A stretch of DNA of 64,000 nt from Cladosporium halotolerans (lineage: Eukaryota), in assembly GCF_011745625.1 (NCBI RefSeq), contig NW_027191455.1:372001-436000 (forward strand), written 5' to 3'. The notes below the pieces were generated by a model, which was not told the DNA's origin, ran no database searches, and worked only from the letters and a program-made list of their open reading frames with translations. The position numbers were made by a program, and so were the translations under genes. Below are positions 1 to 10,859 of this stretch, in pieces (positions within the stretch are counted from its first letter, which is position 1; each line of letters begins with the position of its first letter).

Positions 1-2067
1 ATTAGATGACTGTCCGGAGTGCCGAGATCCAGATCGATTTCCTGTGAAACCAGAAGATGCCGAAGCCGAGAGTGCAGAATCTGAGGGCTGAGAAGCGATC
101 CCTGGTTCCTGAAACGTCGTCCAGCTGCTCAAGACTGGGGAAGCCGAAGTTAGAGATGCCCTCAGAGTTGAAATGCGCAAGTGAGGTGCGAACACGGTAG
201 CACTGGGCGGTCTTGAGAGGCGAGACTGGTTAGAGACAAAGGGAAGACCTCCCATGAAATTGTCCGAGCTGGCATCTAAGGGCTCTTCTTCGATGCCATG
301 CATGATGCTAGGACTTGTTGGCCTGCTCGGTGGTGGGCCCAATATCTGCGGTGTGAGCGTGGAGATACGGACACAATTCTGTCTTCTATGACCCTTGCGG
401 GCATTGGGGCTTCCTTTCAATGCTGAGGGCTTCTGCAAAGGTACGCTGTCCCACTGGAAAGGGTTGCCGTTGCTACTTCGCGATGAGAACTGAGTTGCAT
501 TCGATGGCTGTCGAGAAGGCGTGCAAGCGTTGCCACTGATATCACGCAAGACATTGATCTTTTGTCTCTCAGCTGGTGAACCATTCTCGGAGACCGTCGT
601 TGAGCATCGCGACACCTTTCGTGGTGTGATAATCTTCTTGACAGCTGTATCGCTCCTGAGAGAAGTGACGGACGAAACGCTTCGTATACTGACACGATCG
701 GCGGTACCCAGCCGTGGGATTGAAAGTCGATTGTTGCCGCTCTCATCAAGCGAGGAAGCCATGCTGTTGGTTGACAGTTGCCGGCTGAGCTGGCTGCCGG
801 CGCTGTAGCGCGCGATGTTGCTTCGAATCGATGGCTTACGCTGATGCCCACCCATCGCAGAAGCAGGTACTGTAGGCGATGTATCCGGAATAGGCCTTGG
901 TCCTGCAATCAACGGATTCTGCCACGTTCTTTGCGACACGGTCTTCAACGAGGCATCACTATCTTCAGCAACCATTTGTTCAAGGCTCGGTGAGGGCATG
1001 TTTGGCTCAGCGCCACGCAGGATCGGGCTCGTGATTAGCACAGAACTACTCGTGGACTCCAGGCTTGAGTTCGATATTCGAGAGAGGCAGAATCCACTGC
1101 GCGCCCTGTCGATCTGCACGTTGTGGGGCGCTATGACTGGCAATGGTGGTACAGGACCTGCTGGTGGTTGATTGGCAGCTCTTTGGGCACCGAGGCTGAT
1201 CGAACGCGCGTGCATATGTGGTCTACCGTCACCATTACCCTGAGCAAAGACGTCGTCGTTGGTTATCGGGGTGATCAAAACCCCAAGCGAATGCGTTCGT
1301 TTCGGTTTCGGGCTACCTTCAACCAAGATTGCGCCGTATCGACTCGGCGAGCCGATCGCAAAAGATGGAAGAATACCGGGTTTCGGGCTCGACGATCTGG
1401 TATCGATTTCACCATCATCCAATCCTTGATGCTCTCCACCGACGGCATTATTCGCAGGGTGACGCGAACGATTGTTCGGAGACGGCAACTCTGGTAGAAT
1501 CTCAATCTCAGGCGTAGGCGAGTTAGCAGACCGACTCCGTGGACTTTCGATGATCGCCGAAAGATGTTTCAAGCGTCTAAGGGGAACTCCTTGCTGCTTG
1601 ATCCGTCTCGGAAGTGAGACGTAAGATCGCCGTTTCTGGGCCGGCTGCAATGCGCGTTCTGTGTCGTTGATCTCCTCGTTCGACCCGAGAGCGCCCCAAC
1701 CGCCTTTCCCGTGGATAGGGACAAATCTTCCAACACGTGCAAAGCTTATAGGCCTCGGCATTTCACATCGCGCGTTTTGCGCTTGCGCAACCTGGATGGT
1801 GTGTCCCTGCTCAAGTTCTGCCAGCTGTCTCCTGTGCTCGATTCTCTTGCGCACGATCTGAACGATGACCACGATACAAGCAAGCAGCAAGGCGCCTCCA
1901 ACGCCTAATCCAATGCCAAGGTAGGGGGAATTGTTTGTCGCTGCGGTCGCCTCAAGAGCCTGTGCTGGCTGAGGCGCGGTGGCAGCTTCCAATGGGTTAG
2001 AGGCTTGGACCGCGCCTTGTCGCTTTACTGCCTTGATGCGAGCGGCCAGGTAGTTGATGGAAACCAT
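1..2067 (-). CDS. Hypothetical single-pass membrane protein with long Ser/Pro-rich tail (partial; 3' end runs off the window)
   Basis: Absent from the ORF track, presumably because it has no stop in the window. Manual translation from ATG 2067: MVSINYLAARIKAVKRQ...YLGIGLGVGGALLLACIVVIVQIVRKRIEHRRQ (TM helix then basic residues). Frame open at spot checks near 1020, 420 (KGHRRQNCVRIS) and 60-1. A short upstream exon is possible. Confidence 0.75.
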   Translation of the reverse strand, partial: MVSINYLAARIKAVKRQGAVQASNPLEAATAPQPAQALEATAATNNSPYLGIGLGVGGALLLACIVVIVQIVRKRIEHRRQLAELEQGHTIQVAQAQNARCEMPRPISFARVGRFVPIHGKGGWGALGSNEEINDTERALQPAQKRRSYVSLPRRIKQQGVPLRRLKHLSAIIESPRSRSANSPTPEIEILPELPSPNNRSRHPANNAVGGEHQGLDDGEIDTRSSSPKPGILPSFAIGSPSRYGAILVEGSPKPKRTHSLGVLITPITNDDVFAQGNGDGRPHMHARSISLGAQRAANQPPAGPVPPLPVIAPHNVQIDRARSGFCLSRISNSSLESTSSSVLITSPILRGAEPNMPSPSLEQMVAEDSDASLKTVSQRTWQNPLIAGPRPIPDTSPTVPASAMGGHQRKPSIRSNIARYSAGSQLSRQLSTNSMASSLDESGNNRLSIPRLGTADRVSIRSVSSVTSLRSDTAVKKIITPRKVSRCSTTVSENGSPAERQKINVLRDISGNACTPSRQPSNATQFSSRSSNGNPFQWDSVPLQKPSALKGSPNARKGHRRQNCVRISTLTPQILGPPPSRPTSPSIMHGIEEEPLDASSDNFMGGLPFVSNQSRLSRPPSATVFAPHLRISTLRASLTSASPVLSSWTTFQEPGIASQPSDSALSASASSGFTGNRSGSRHSGQSSN

Positions 2068-3105
2068 CCTAGTGGCTGTGATCGTTGGGTAGGTTGCAAG
2101 CGCTTCTTCGGATTCATACGTTCTTCGCGACGCGATCAACACTTGTCTTCTCCATGCTCCAGACAATCTGTTTTGCAGCGACGCGATGACTCGCGATGAA
2201 TCGGATACCGGTCCGCCATGAGATTTGATCGGCACAGCCAGAGCAATGACCCTCACATGATGTTGTGATCCCGAGAATGTGCGGTATGCGGCCCGTTTCC
2301 TGTCCACGCTCAGGAATGTGAATGGCGGATTTTGGAGATCTGAGACCACGTGCCACCTCAAACTCGAAGCTCTCCCGGGAATTGGAAACAAATTACCACG
2401 CGCGTAGGTATACGATGATGTTCAATTATCACTCGTAGTGTCATATTCGCTCTGTGGCGCATGTCGATTGCCTTGATGCAACGTGACCGACTTCCCACGC
2501 CACGCGACAAATTTGATGTCTATGGGGCTCTACGATGAAACTAATCACCTGTGGATATATACACTTCAGAGGAAAAGAAACCGCTTGCTACTACGTGTCC
2601 CTATCGGCGATCGAGATCGAATTCTCATCAGGAGAACAGAACACATTCGCGATACTAGAAGGCGTGATAGTCTACCAAAGCCAATGAACTTTCGCATACG
2701 CGATGGACAACACACGACACGTTCTCGGCAATGGCCGATGCCATTATGATGGTTTTCAGCTGTCACTGTTGACAGATTGATTTTGCATGCGCCAAGCCAC
2801 AGATGCCGACATAGTGACCTATTGCTAATCCTCTTCCATGTCCAGATTAGGCGCTGAGAAAGGCATTGTTTCTGAATGTGCCTTCACTTGTCCTCCCGTG
2901 CGGTTCAGCCGCTGTCCAAAAATTCACCGCCCCAATAGTGAAACAAAGGATTGTCGACAGACTTGAATGCTTTCACTGTAACTTACTCATCCTATTCACC
3001 ACTCAAACCTTCTGAGCGAAACCTTTAATTTCAAGCCAAATCCCACCGCCTTGCCACACGACTCCACCTCAACTCCAACTCAAACACAACCAAGCTGCGT
3101 CCACA

Positions 3106-4089
3106 ATGGCTGCCGCTGACAACCATTTTCCTCTCCCGACTCGCGAGGAATTCCTCGCCAATCTTCAGCCAGTCACGAACGTTGCTGAGCTTGCGAGGGA
3201 TCACGACACCATGTGCGGCATCTGCATGAACAAGACCGTCAGCAAAGCTCGCAGAGAGCACGAGGAGCGTGCCGTAGTGCTACATGATAAGCATGTTTTT
3301 GGCGAGACCTGCATTCGCGAATGGCTCTCCGAGGCCAACACTTGCCCGAAATGCCGTGCCGTTCTATTCGAAGACAACCATGACTTGGATGACCTCGCGT
3401 TTTCGGCACCATTGTTCGTCAGCACTTACCGCTATACTATCGTTCGCTCGTACGTGGAGATCATCGAGGCGCTCAATGTCGGCACTGCGCTCGACGATCG
3501 CGTGGCGATGGATATTTACTTCAAGCTGGTCGATCAGTTAGACGAACTGCAATTGCCCCCCTATGATCGTTTCTTCCAAACCCTCAGGACTAGAGGGGAG
3601 GCTATGATCGCCGAGGCTCTCGAGACCCTTCGCGGGTTGCGTCTTCGCTGGTATCAGACCTTCCCAGCATCCCAAAACATCCCAGCCCTGCCAGTCTTCC
3701 AACTCGAAGACGAGGAACCGCTGCGCGGGAGTGATCCATCCGAACGTGTCCGTATCGACTTCGATTTCGGCGTGGACTCGGACTTCTTCAACCTCGTCTG
3801 GCACTCTGAGTTCTTAGCGGCGTTCGACCGCGATAGGACCTGCATGAGCCTTGCTGGGCACCCGCTCGCTCTCGTGGTACTTCAGCGGATGAATAGGGGT
3901 CTTGATCGCATGCGCCGTGGTGTTGTTAGGATCTCATATTTTCGCGAGACACTCCGTCGGGCAATTTACGATCCAGGTTTCGTCGGGCGACGGGAACTGC
4001 CTACGGGGTTCGATGCCTTCGTGGAGCACATACTGTATAAGGCTTGCCAGCACGCCTGGCTTTATCACTCGGTGCCTGAAAGCGTATAA
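3106..4089 (+). CDS. RING-finger domain protein (atypical RING-H2-like), putative E3 ligase
   Basis: 327-aa ORF with CGIC...HDKHVFGETCIREWLSEANTCPKCR; C/A-rich leader before the ATG. Confidence 0.8.
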   Translation: MAAADNHFPLPTREEFLANLQPVTNVAELARDHDTMCGICMNKTVSKARREHEERAVVLHDKHVFGETCIREWLSEANTCPKCRAVLFEDNHDLDDLAFSAPLFVSTYRYTIVRSYVEIIEALNVGTALDDRVAMDIYFKLVDQLDELQLPPYDRFFQTLRTRGEAMIAEALETLRGLRLRWYQTFPASQNIPALPVFQLEDEEPLRGSDPSERVRIDFDFGVDSDFFNLVWHSEFLAAFDRDRTCMSLAGHPLALVVLQRMNRGLDRMRRGVVRISYFRETLRRAIYDPGFVGRRELPTGFDAFVEHILYKACQHAWLYHSVPESV

Positions 4090-5059
4090 GCTGCGCTTCT
4101 GGTAGTGCGACTTGCTTTGATCTCTTTTCTTTCAGACAGGTATTCGATCGATGGCAGCGAGACCAGGAACAGGGTCGCGTGAGATAGCCCGGTCAATGCG
4201 GGCTCTCCAATCAAGCGTCCGGATTTTTGAATTTTTCTGACTTTTGAGGTATGACCGCTTGCTTATCGAGTGGTTGCTCATAACATACACATGTAATCGT
4301 ATTATTGCATCATGCATATTTTCCGTCAGAATCTACTATCAGTGCACACGAATTCACAGTATCATTTGAGCTTGTAATCGGTTATGCTTCAGGCGACCGG
4401 TCTGAGCCCGATTATCATCCCGTCCATTGAATTTTCTCATGGGGTATAACCGATAGCCCATGCCTTTCTGCGAGTCTACGGCGCAATAAGATGACTGCTA
4501 GTCGTAGATGTTGAAGCGTTCGGTTGTTCCGCTTGATGGAGCTCATGGGACTCTCCTATCTATGATCGTTTTTGAAGACATTCGATGGCCCTGTATCGAG
4601 ATGTACGATGACTCGGGCATGGCTGCAATGCATTTCGTCCAATTACCGAGAAAATGCGGCGACGTAGACTTACCCAAAGTCCCTCCAGATGCGAGCGCAT
4701 CCTCGGCCTAGTCGTATACTCAGACTTCATATGGCCTCAATAGCGTCAATGACGGCAACCAGATTGGCCCGAGCAGCAAGTATGAGGATATTGAATAGAA
4801 TCACTGGTAGGCAGAGGCTCAATGAAAAACTGTCAAACTTTTATGAATCGAATTTGAAGATGCGAGACGTCATTACTGTCACCGATAAAATGCATCACAC
4901 TGATCCGAACCATCGCGATAGGTGCTCTTAGCCGGTTTGAGTTCATACGTGATCAGCACCCTAGTGATATGCGGGTCCGCTTCACGAGCGGTGTTATGAG
5001 GCATTTCTCACATCAAGTCCCTCGTTTAGCTGCTATCATCGGTAATGTACAATAAATCG

Positions 5060-5930
5060 GGAAGGGCGCCAATGAGATGCTAGTGAGGAACCCGGACGCA
5101 ATTTCAATGCATCTCACCACTGAAAGTGCGCGTTGAGCTGCTACCAGCAGCAATCAACGTCTCAGAAAAAGACGTGCCAGTGAGAGACGCATTAACTCCC
5201 GTGAATTTGTCGCTAAGAGGTACTCTCCGGGGCGGATATGGTGCTACCAAGGGCTACCATCATCCTGAAGGGCGACACGCCAGGGAGAGAGCGGCGAAAC
5301 TAAGTGAGGGTTTTCTTCCGAGTCCGACCCTCTCTGCGACTCGCGTGGTGCTATCAACGGCGGTCGATACCTTGGGAGCCGACGCGCCAATGAGAGAGGC
5401 GAGCATCTCTGTAAATTTTCTCCAGTTTCCGCTGCTCAACGTGACTTCTATGATGCTACCATCAGAGTTCAAAGTTTCACAAGGAGAGGCGCCAGTGAGA
5501 GAGAAGCGAAGCTCTTGGGCATTTCTCCTAAGTCCAGCGCTCTCCGTGTCGCATGTGCTGCCACCAGCGGCTTTCGACGTCTCAGAATGAGACGCGCCAG
5601 TGAGAGAGCACGAAAACCTTTGAGAACTTCCTTCCAAGTCTGACGCTCTCCACATCACATGTGCTACTACCAGCAACCGTGGACGTGTTAGGAGGTGGCG
5701 CGCCAGCGAGAGACGCAAAAATGTCGAACAAAATCACCCCAAACCCTGTGCTCTCTGCGCCATAGTGGTACTACCAGCGGCTGAAGACACTTCAGAAAGG
5801 TACGCGCCAGTGAGAGAGGCGACAATCTCTGTGAGCATTCTTCTAAGTCCCCTGCTCTCTGCGCCTCATGTGCTGCTATCAGCGGCGCTATGACTTGGGC
5901 TGAGTCGGCATGTGCCTGAGATAGACGTGT
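5060..5930. repeat. Degenerate tandem array 1, ~105-bp unit, about 8 copies
   Basis: Motif CCA(G/A)(T/G/C)GAGA at 5069, 5177, 5280, 5387, 5492, 5597, 5703, 5807 (spacings 108,103,107,105,105,106,104). Second motif CTCTC(C/T)..N..GTG(G/C)TGCTA(C/T)CA starts 56-57 bp upstream of it. Confidence 0.9.
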
Positions 5931-6047
5931 TAGCAGTTGAGCAGTGGCATGTGAACACGACTTTCCTGCCATCACTTCTTGTAACCTGAGGAGTGAATTG
6001 CATGATCTTCACGTGCTGTCCGCACATGTGAATTTTAATTCATTACT

Positions 6048-7229
6048 TCAGTACTCTATCGCTGTCTTGATAGCATCGTAAACTCTCGTGACATCTGGGA
6101 TGTTGAACTTCTCATAAGCGAGGCCTGGGTGAGTGCTCCAGCCCGCAACCCTCTGAATCGGTGCCTCGAGACGCAAAAAGCAGCCCTCTTGTACCGTAGC
6201 AGCGACCTCCGCGCCAACGCCCGCGTTGACCATGCTCTCGTGCACTACTATCAGCTTGCCTGTCCTGTTCACGGAAGCCATCACTGTCTCGCGGTCCCAG
6301 GGGTAGATTGTGCGAAGGTCTATCAGTTCCACAGAGCATTTGAAGTCTCGTTCCGCTGCGGCGATGGCTGATGAGCACGTGTAGAGAGGTGTGCCGTAGG
6401 AGACGATGGTGACGTCTTTTCCAGGCTTCATTATCTCGGCTTTACTGAGGGGAAGTGTGTATGCTTCCGCTGGCACGTGCTCGACGGCTGCGCGGTAGAG
6501 GATCTTTGGTTCCAGCATTACCACGGGATCATTAGATTCGACGGCTGCGAGCAGCAGCCCCTTTGCTTGTGTAGGTGACCGAGGTACTACCACTCGTACA
6601 CCTGGGATGTGTGTAAACAAGGCCTCGGGAGATTGTGAGTGGTACAACGCGCCATGCCCGACGCCACCGCTCGGCATTCTGATCACCATGCCGCCACAGC
6701 TTTGCGATTCGGCGTTGACTCCGGCCCTGTAGCGGACCTTGGCGGCTTCGTTGACGATTTGGTCGAATGCTGGGTAGACGTAATCGGCAAACTGAATCTC
6801 TGCGATCGGACGCATTCCTTCCATTGCGGCTCCAATTGCAAATCCGGCGATACCCTGCTCAGTCAAGGGCGTGTTAAAGACGCGGTCTTCGCCAAATTCG
6901 TTCGCGAGATTCATTGAACAGCGGAACACGCCTCCGAACGCGACATCCTCTCCAAACAGCAACACACGCTGATCAGCATGGAGGGCATGTGACATCGCCG
7001 AATTGATCGCTTGGAAGAGATTCTGACGGTTGGTGGTGCCATTGCGGGCTTCGGATGATAGCTCCGGATTCGATAGGGCATCTTTCGAGGTGTGAGAGAG
7101 GACTGCGGTCGTGCTGAAATCCGTCGGGATATTTAAACGTGCTTTGGCTGGATGTGAGGCGTAGGCGCGACGCGTGATGAAGCTCGCACAGGCGCTGCTG
7201 AGGCGCGCCGGGCGGATGTTGTGGATCAT
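6048..7229 (-). CDS. BCKDHB: Branched-chain alpha-ketoacid (2-oxoisovalerate) dehydrogenase E1 beta subunit, mitochondrial
   Basis: GEDVAFGGVFRC, RVFNTPLTEQGIAGFAIG, AEIQFADYVYPAFDQIVNEAAK, GHGALYHSQSPE. Arg-rich presequence from ATG 7229 (MIHNIRPARLSS); intronless. Confidence 0.95.
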   Translation of the reverse strand: MIHNIRPARLSSACASFITRRAYASHPAKARLNIPTDFSTTAVLSHTSKDALSNPELSSEARNGTTNRQNLFQAINSAMSHALHADQRVLLFGEDVAFGGVFRCSMNLANEFGEDRVFNTPLTEQGIAGFAIGAAMEGMRPIAEIQFADYVYPAFDQIVNEAAKVRYRAGVNAESQSCGGMVIRMPSGGVGHGALYHSQSPEALFTHIPGVRVVVPRSPTQAKGLLLAAVESNDPVVMLEPKILYRAAVEHVPAEAYTLPLSKAEIMKPGKDVTIVSYGTPLYTCSSAIAAAERDFKCSVELIDLRTIYPWDRETVMASVNRTGKLIVVHESMVNAGVGAEVAATVQEGCFLRLEAPIQRVAGWSTHPGLAYEKFNIPDVTRVYDAIKTAIEY

Positions 7230-7864
7230 TGTCGCACCGCGTCGAATGCGGACAGCATTGATTCTGAGGAAAGGCACACAACAGGAGTGCAAAGGACTTA
7301 CATGAGATCTTAGGCGGCCCAAGAGGTGATGCTGTCGGCGGTTGCTATCGGCTTTGGGGCCCTGCAGCCTCGGTTACAGATGTCTCGAATGGCGGCTTAA
7401 GGATGTGGAAAGCAAAGGCTATTGCACCGTGGCGCGCATTTGAGCCGCAAGCCCCCCTGCGGGCTTGATGCCCGTCGCGACGCGATGTCACATGACCGTC
7501 ACGATTCCTGTGACCGTGAGGAATATTTAGGAAGTGAGGTCGGATGTCGTCGCGCCTCAGGCCGGACAGGCAGCAACGTAGCGGCAGGCACAGCGCCACC
7601 GGTGGCTCGTGTCAGAGAGCTTGGCGAGAGCTTCAAGCGGCAGGAAGGCGCGACCGACTTCGACTGCGCGCGCTTCACCCCCGAGCGTACAGATCGCCGC
7701 CGCATCAACTCCTTGTTGTTTCCCACCAAACACCGTCACCACCGCCCATCACCCTCACCACCTTGACCATCCCTCACACTCCTCACGGTTGACGACCACT
7801 TCTCCGACTCACGCTCCTTTCATCCCCACGATACCCCAGCTCCTCTTCTTCACGAACCGAACCC

Positions 7865-10187
7865 ATGGCTGCCGTATGTATCTATTGCGCCTGAGCCGCT
7901 GCCGCCATCATCGGAACCTCACTAACACTGCCGCTTAGCAACCTCCCTCCCAGCCCCGCGCCTACTCGCAAGCATACATTCCCAACGGTGCCGCCCAGCC
8001 TTCCGGCCCTGTGCCTGGTGCTAGGCCCCTCGACCCCAACCAGGGCCGCGTGCAGCAGGTTGGCCATGCTCGCGTGCTCTGCATAGCAGACGTCAGAGGT
8101 GGGCACATACTACCGTCGCAAGAATAAGAAGACGGAAGCTCATCTCGCCAACAGGACACCTGCGTCAGCTCAACGACCTTGCGCGCAACGCGAAGGCCGA
8201 CTACATCATTCACACCGGTGACTTTGGCTTTTACGATGAGACCTCGATAGAGCGTATCGCCGAAAAGTTCGTACATCTTGCCACTTGATTAAGTCACCTG
8301 GTGCTAACATCACCGCGCAGGACCCTTAAGCACGTTGCGCAATACTCCCCTCTCCTGACTGAGCCCGTCAAGAGCGAACTCACTCGCGCCGCCCCTCAGC
8401 AATCAGTCAAGGACCGCTTCCTCAGAGATCGCCTTCCTCTCTCTGAGCTTCCCCAATTCCTCAACAAGACCTACAAGCTCGAGGTACCTGTATACACTGT
8501 CTGGGGCGCGTGCGAGGATGTTTCGGTTTTGGAAAAGTTGCGCTCTGGCGAATACAAGATCGACAACCTGCACGTGATCGACGAATCGCACTCGAGATTA
8601 CTGGATGTTGGTGGCGTGAAGCTCCGCCTGCTCGGTCTGGGTGGAGCGGTGGTCATGCACAAATTGTTTGACAATGGCGAGGGCCGGACAACAATTGCTG
8701 GTGGCCAAGGCACCATGTGGACTACCGTTCTGCAAATCGGCGAGCTCATCGACACGGCGAATCGCGTATACGACCCCACGGAAACCCGCGTGCTCGTCAC
8801 TCACGCATCGCCTGCGAGAGAAGGTCTTCTGAACCAGCTGTCCGTCGCGCTCAAGGCTGATTTCTCCATCTCCGCTGGTCTGCACTTCCGCTACGGCAGC
8901 TCCTACAACGAATTCTCCGTCAACCCTTCGCTCGATCACTACCGCGGCAAGCTCGCCGCCTCGAAGGCTTCTTTCAATGATGTCTGGGAGACGGTCAAGA
9001 ATGAGGTAGAGCCTGCAGTCCAAGAGAACGAGGCACAGGGCAAGCTTCTGCAGCTGGCGGTCGATTTGGTTAGCAAGATGCCGGCAGTCGCTAGCGGCGG
9101 TAACCCGTTCGGTGGCGGACCCCAGACTGGCCAGGTGGATGAGAGCGCTTTCAAGAACATGTGGAACTTCAACCTCGCGGACGCGGCTTTTGGCTGGCTT
9201 GTTCTGGATATCGACCAAGGCCGCATCGGAACCGAGATGCGCGCTCAGGGCTTCAACTTCTCTCACCGCGGCAGCAAGAGACCTCAGGGCGTCCCTGCCG
9301 CGCCTTCCAATGCGACCGTCCCGCCGACCACCGGCAACCTGCCTACACCTGGTGGCCAGCAGCCTCCGATTGCTCCTCAGCAGGCCCGCGGCGCTCAGCA
9401 GCCCGTGATGAACCAGCCTCCTCAGCAGAGGGCCCAGCAGCCGCTCGCTGCCCAGCAACTTCAGCAGGCAGCTCAGCCCAGGCCCACCGGTCCCCAGCAG
9501 AACCCCGGCTCTCCCGCTCAAGGCCAGAAGCCCGCTACTCCCCAGCCGACAGGCCCCGCCCTCACCGCCAACGGCGCCACTGCTCCCACCGCAACCATCC
9601 CCGGCAAGGACGGCGCCCAAACCAACGGCACCGACGCCAAGCCCAGCCCCTCGCCCGCCCAGCAGCGCCCGGAGTCCAAGGGCATCTTCATCACGAACGT
9701 CTTCGACGTGCAGTCCTCCGACGACGTCAAGGCCCAACTTTTCACCCCAGAGGACGCCGCCAAGATCTCCAGCGTTGAGAAGACCGCCAAGGGCCCCTGG
9801 ATCGCCCACTTCGATACCCCGGAGCTGATGCAGGACGTCCTCTCCCGCTGCCCAAGCAAGGAGGCCCAGGAGAAGCACAAGGGCGTCCGCATGGCCGCTT
9901 ACAACCCCGTTGGCCGCGGCCGCGGCAACTTCGGCGGCGCCGGTCAGTGGGGTACTGGCCGCGGCGGGCCCAGCGCTCGTGGAGGCGCGGAGTCCCGCGG
10001 TGGCTACCAGTCTGCTGGCGGCGCCACGACCGGCAGCGACTCGGAGTCTGGCCGTGGAGGTCGCGGTAGAGGTCGCGGTGCGTTCCGTGGCGAGCGCGGA
10101 GGGCGCGGCGGCCGTGGCGGCCGCGGTGGCGCGAAGGCCGAGGGCGCCGCTGCTGCGCCGCCGCCTGCTGCCGGCGGCGACTCGTAG
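7865..10187 (+). CDS. Calcineurin-like metallophosphoesterase-fold protein with Q/P-rich linker, RRM-like region and RGG tail
   Basis: Spliced: MAA | intron 7874-7938 | ...RVLCIADVRG | intron from ~8099 | HLRQLNDLARNAKADYIIHTGDFGFYD...EK | intron to 8320 | long last exon. Motifs GDFG, VWGACED, THASP; C-terminal GRGGRGRGRG. Confidence 0.85.
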
Positions 10188-10859
10188 GTCGTGCTGCCGC
10201 CCGTGCAGGTTGTTCCGCGCGGCGCTTCGGCGCCCGGCAACATTAAGTGGTGAGCTTTGAGAGAAGGAAAAGTTTTTTTAGAGTGGCTTCGATTGGGGAG
10301 CCCTTTGTGTAAAGATTAATTCTCGAGGGTGGGCTTGAGTTCGTTTCATGGGATGCGAGGCGAAAGTGGAGAAGACAGCGAGGGGTGTGCTTGTGTCTGT
10401 GTGTGTGTTTGTCAATGGACTGACCGGAAGACGGGTTGATGAGCGTTAGTATACCCTCATTGCATTTTACACCTTTGTTGTTAGTAATCGCGCTCGATAG
10501 CAGAAAATCGGTTTTAAGAGTCAGTCAGCGCGTGGCTTTGCGTTTTGCGGCCTGTGTGGTTGTTTTCAAGCAAGCAGCAAGGTTCCCTAGTGATGAGATC
10601 CAAAGCGCCATCACTGGTGTCGCGCCGGTCTACTTCGAATCAGAGAATGTCATTCTGCACTCGGCTGCCCGGGACGCATCTGACCTTGCACTGCTGATCG
10701 TCCGACCGTTGCAGGCTCATGATGACTTGCACGCGCATCAAGATCTGGCAGCTTTTGGGAGAGACGCTTGCTGGTGCTATGTCGAAGGCAAGGATTGTTC
10801 GAGGTCAAGACCGGCCAGTGTCATGTCAGCGTCGAAGGACGTCCAATCCGCCGTCTACG

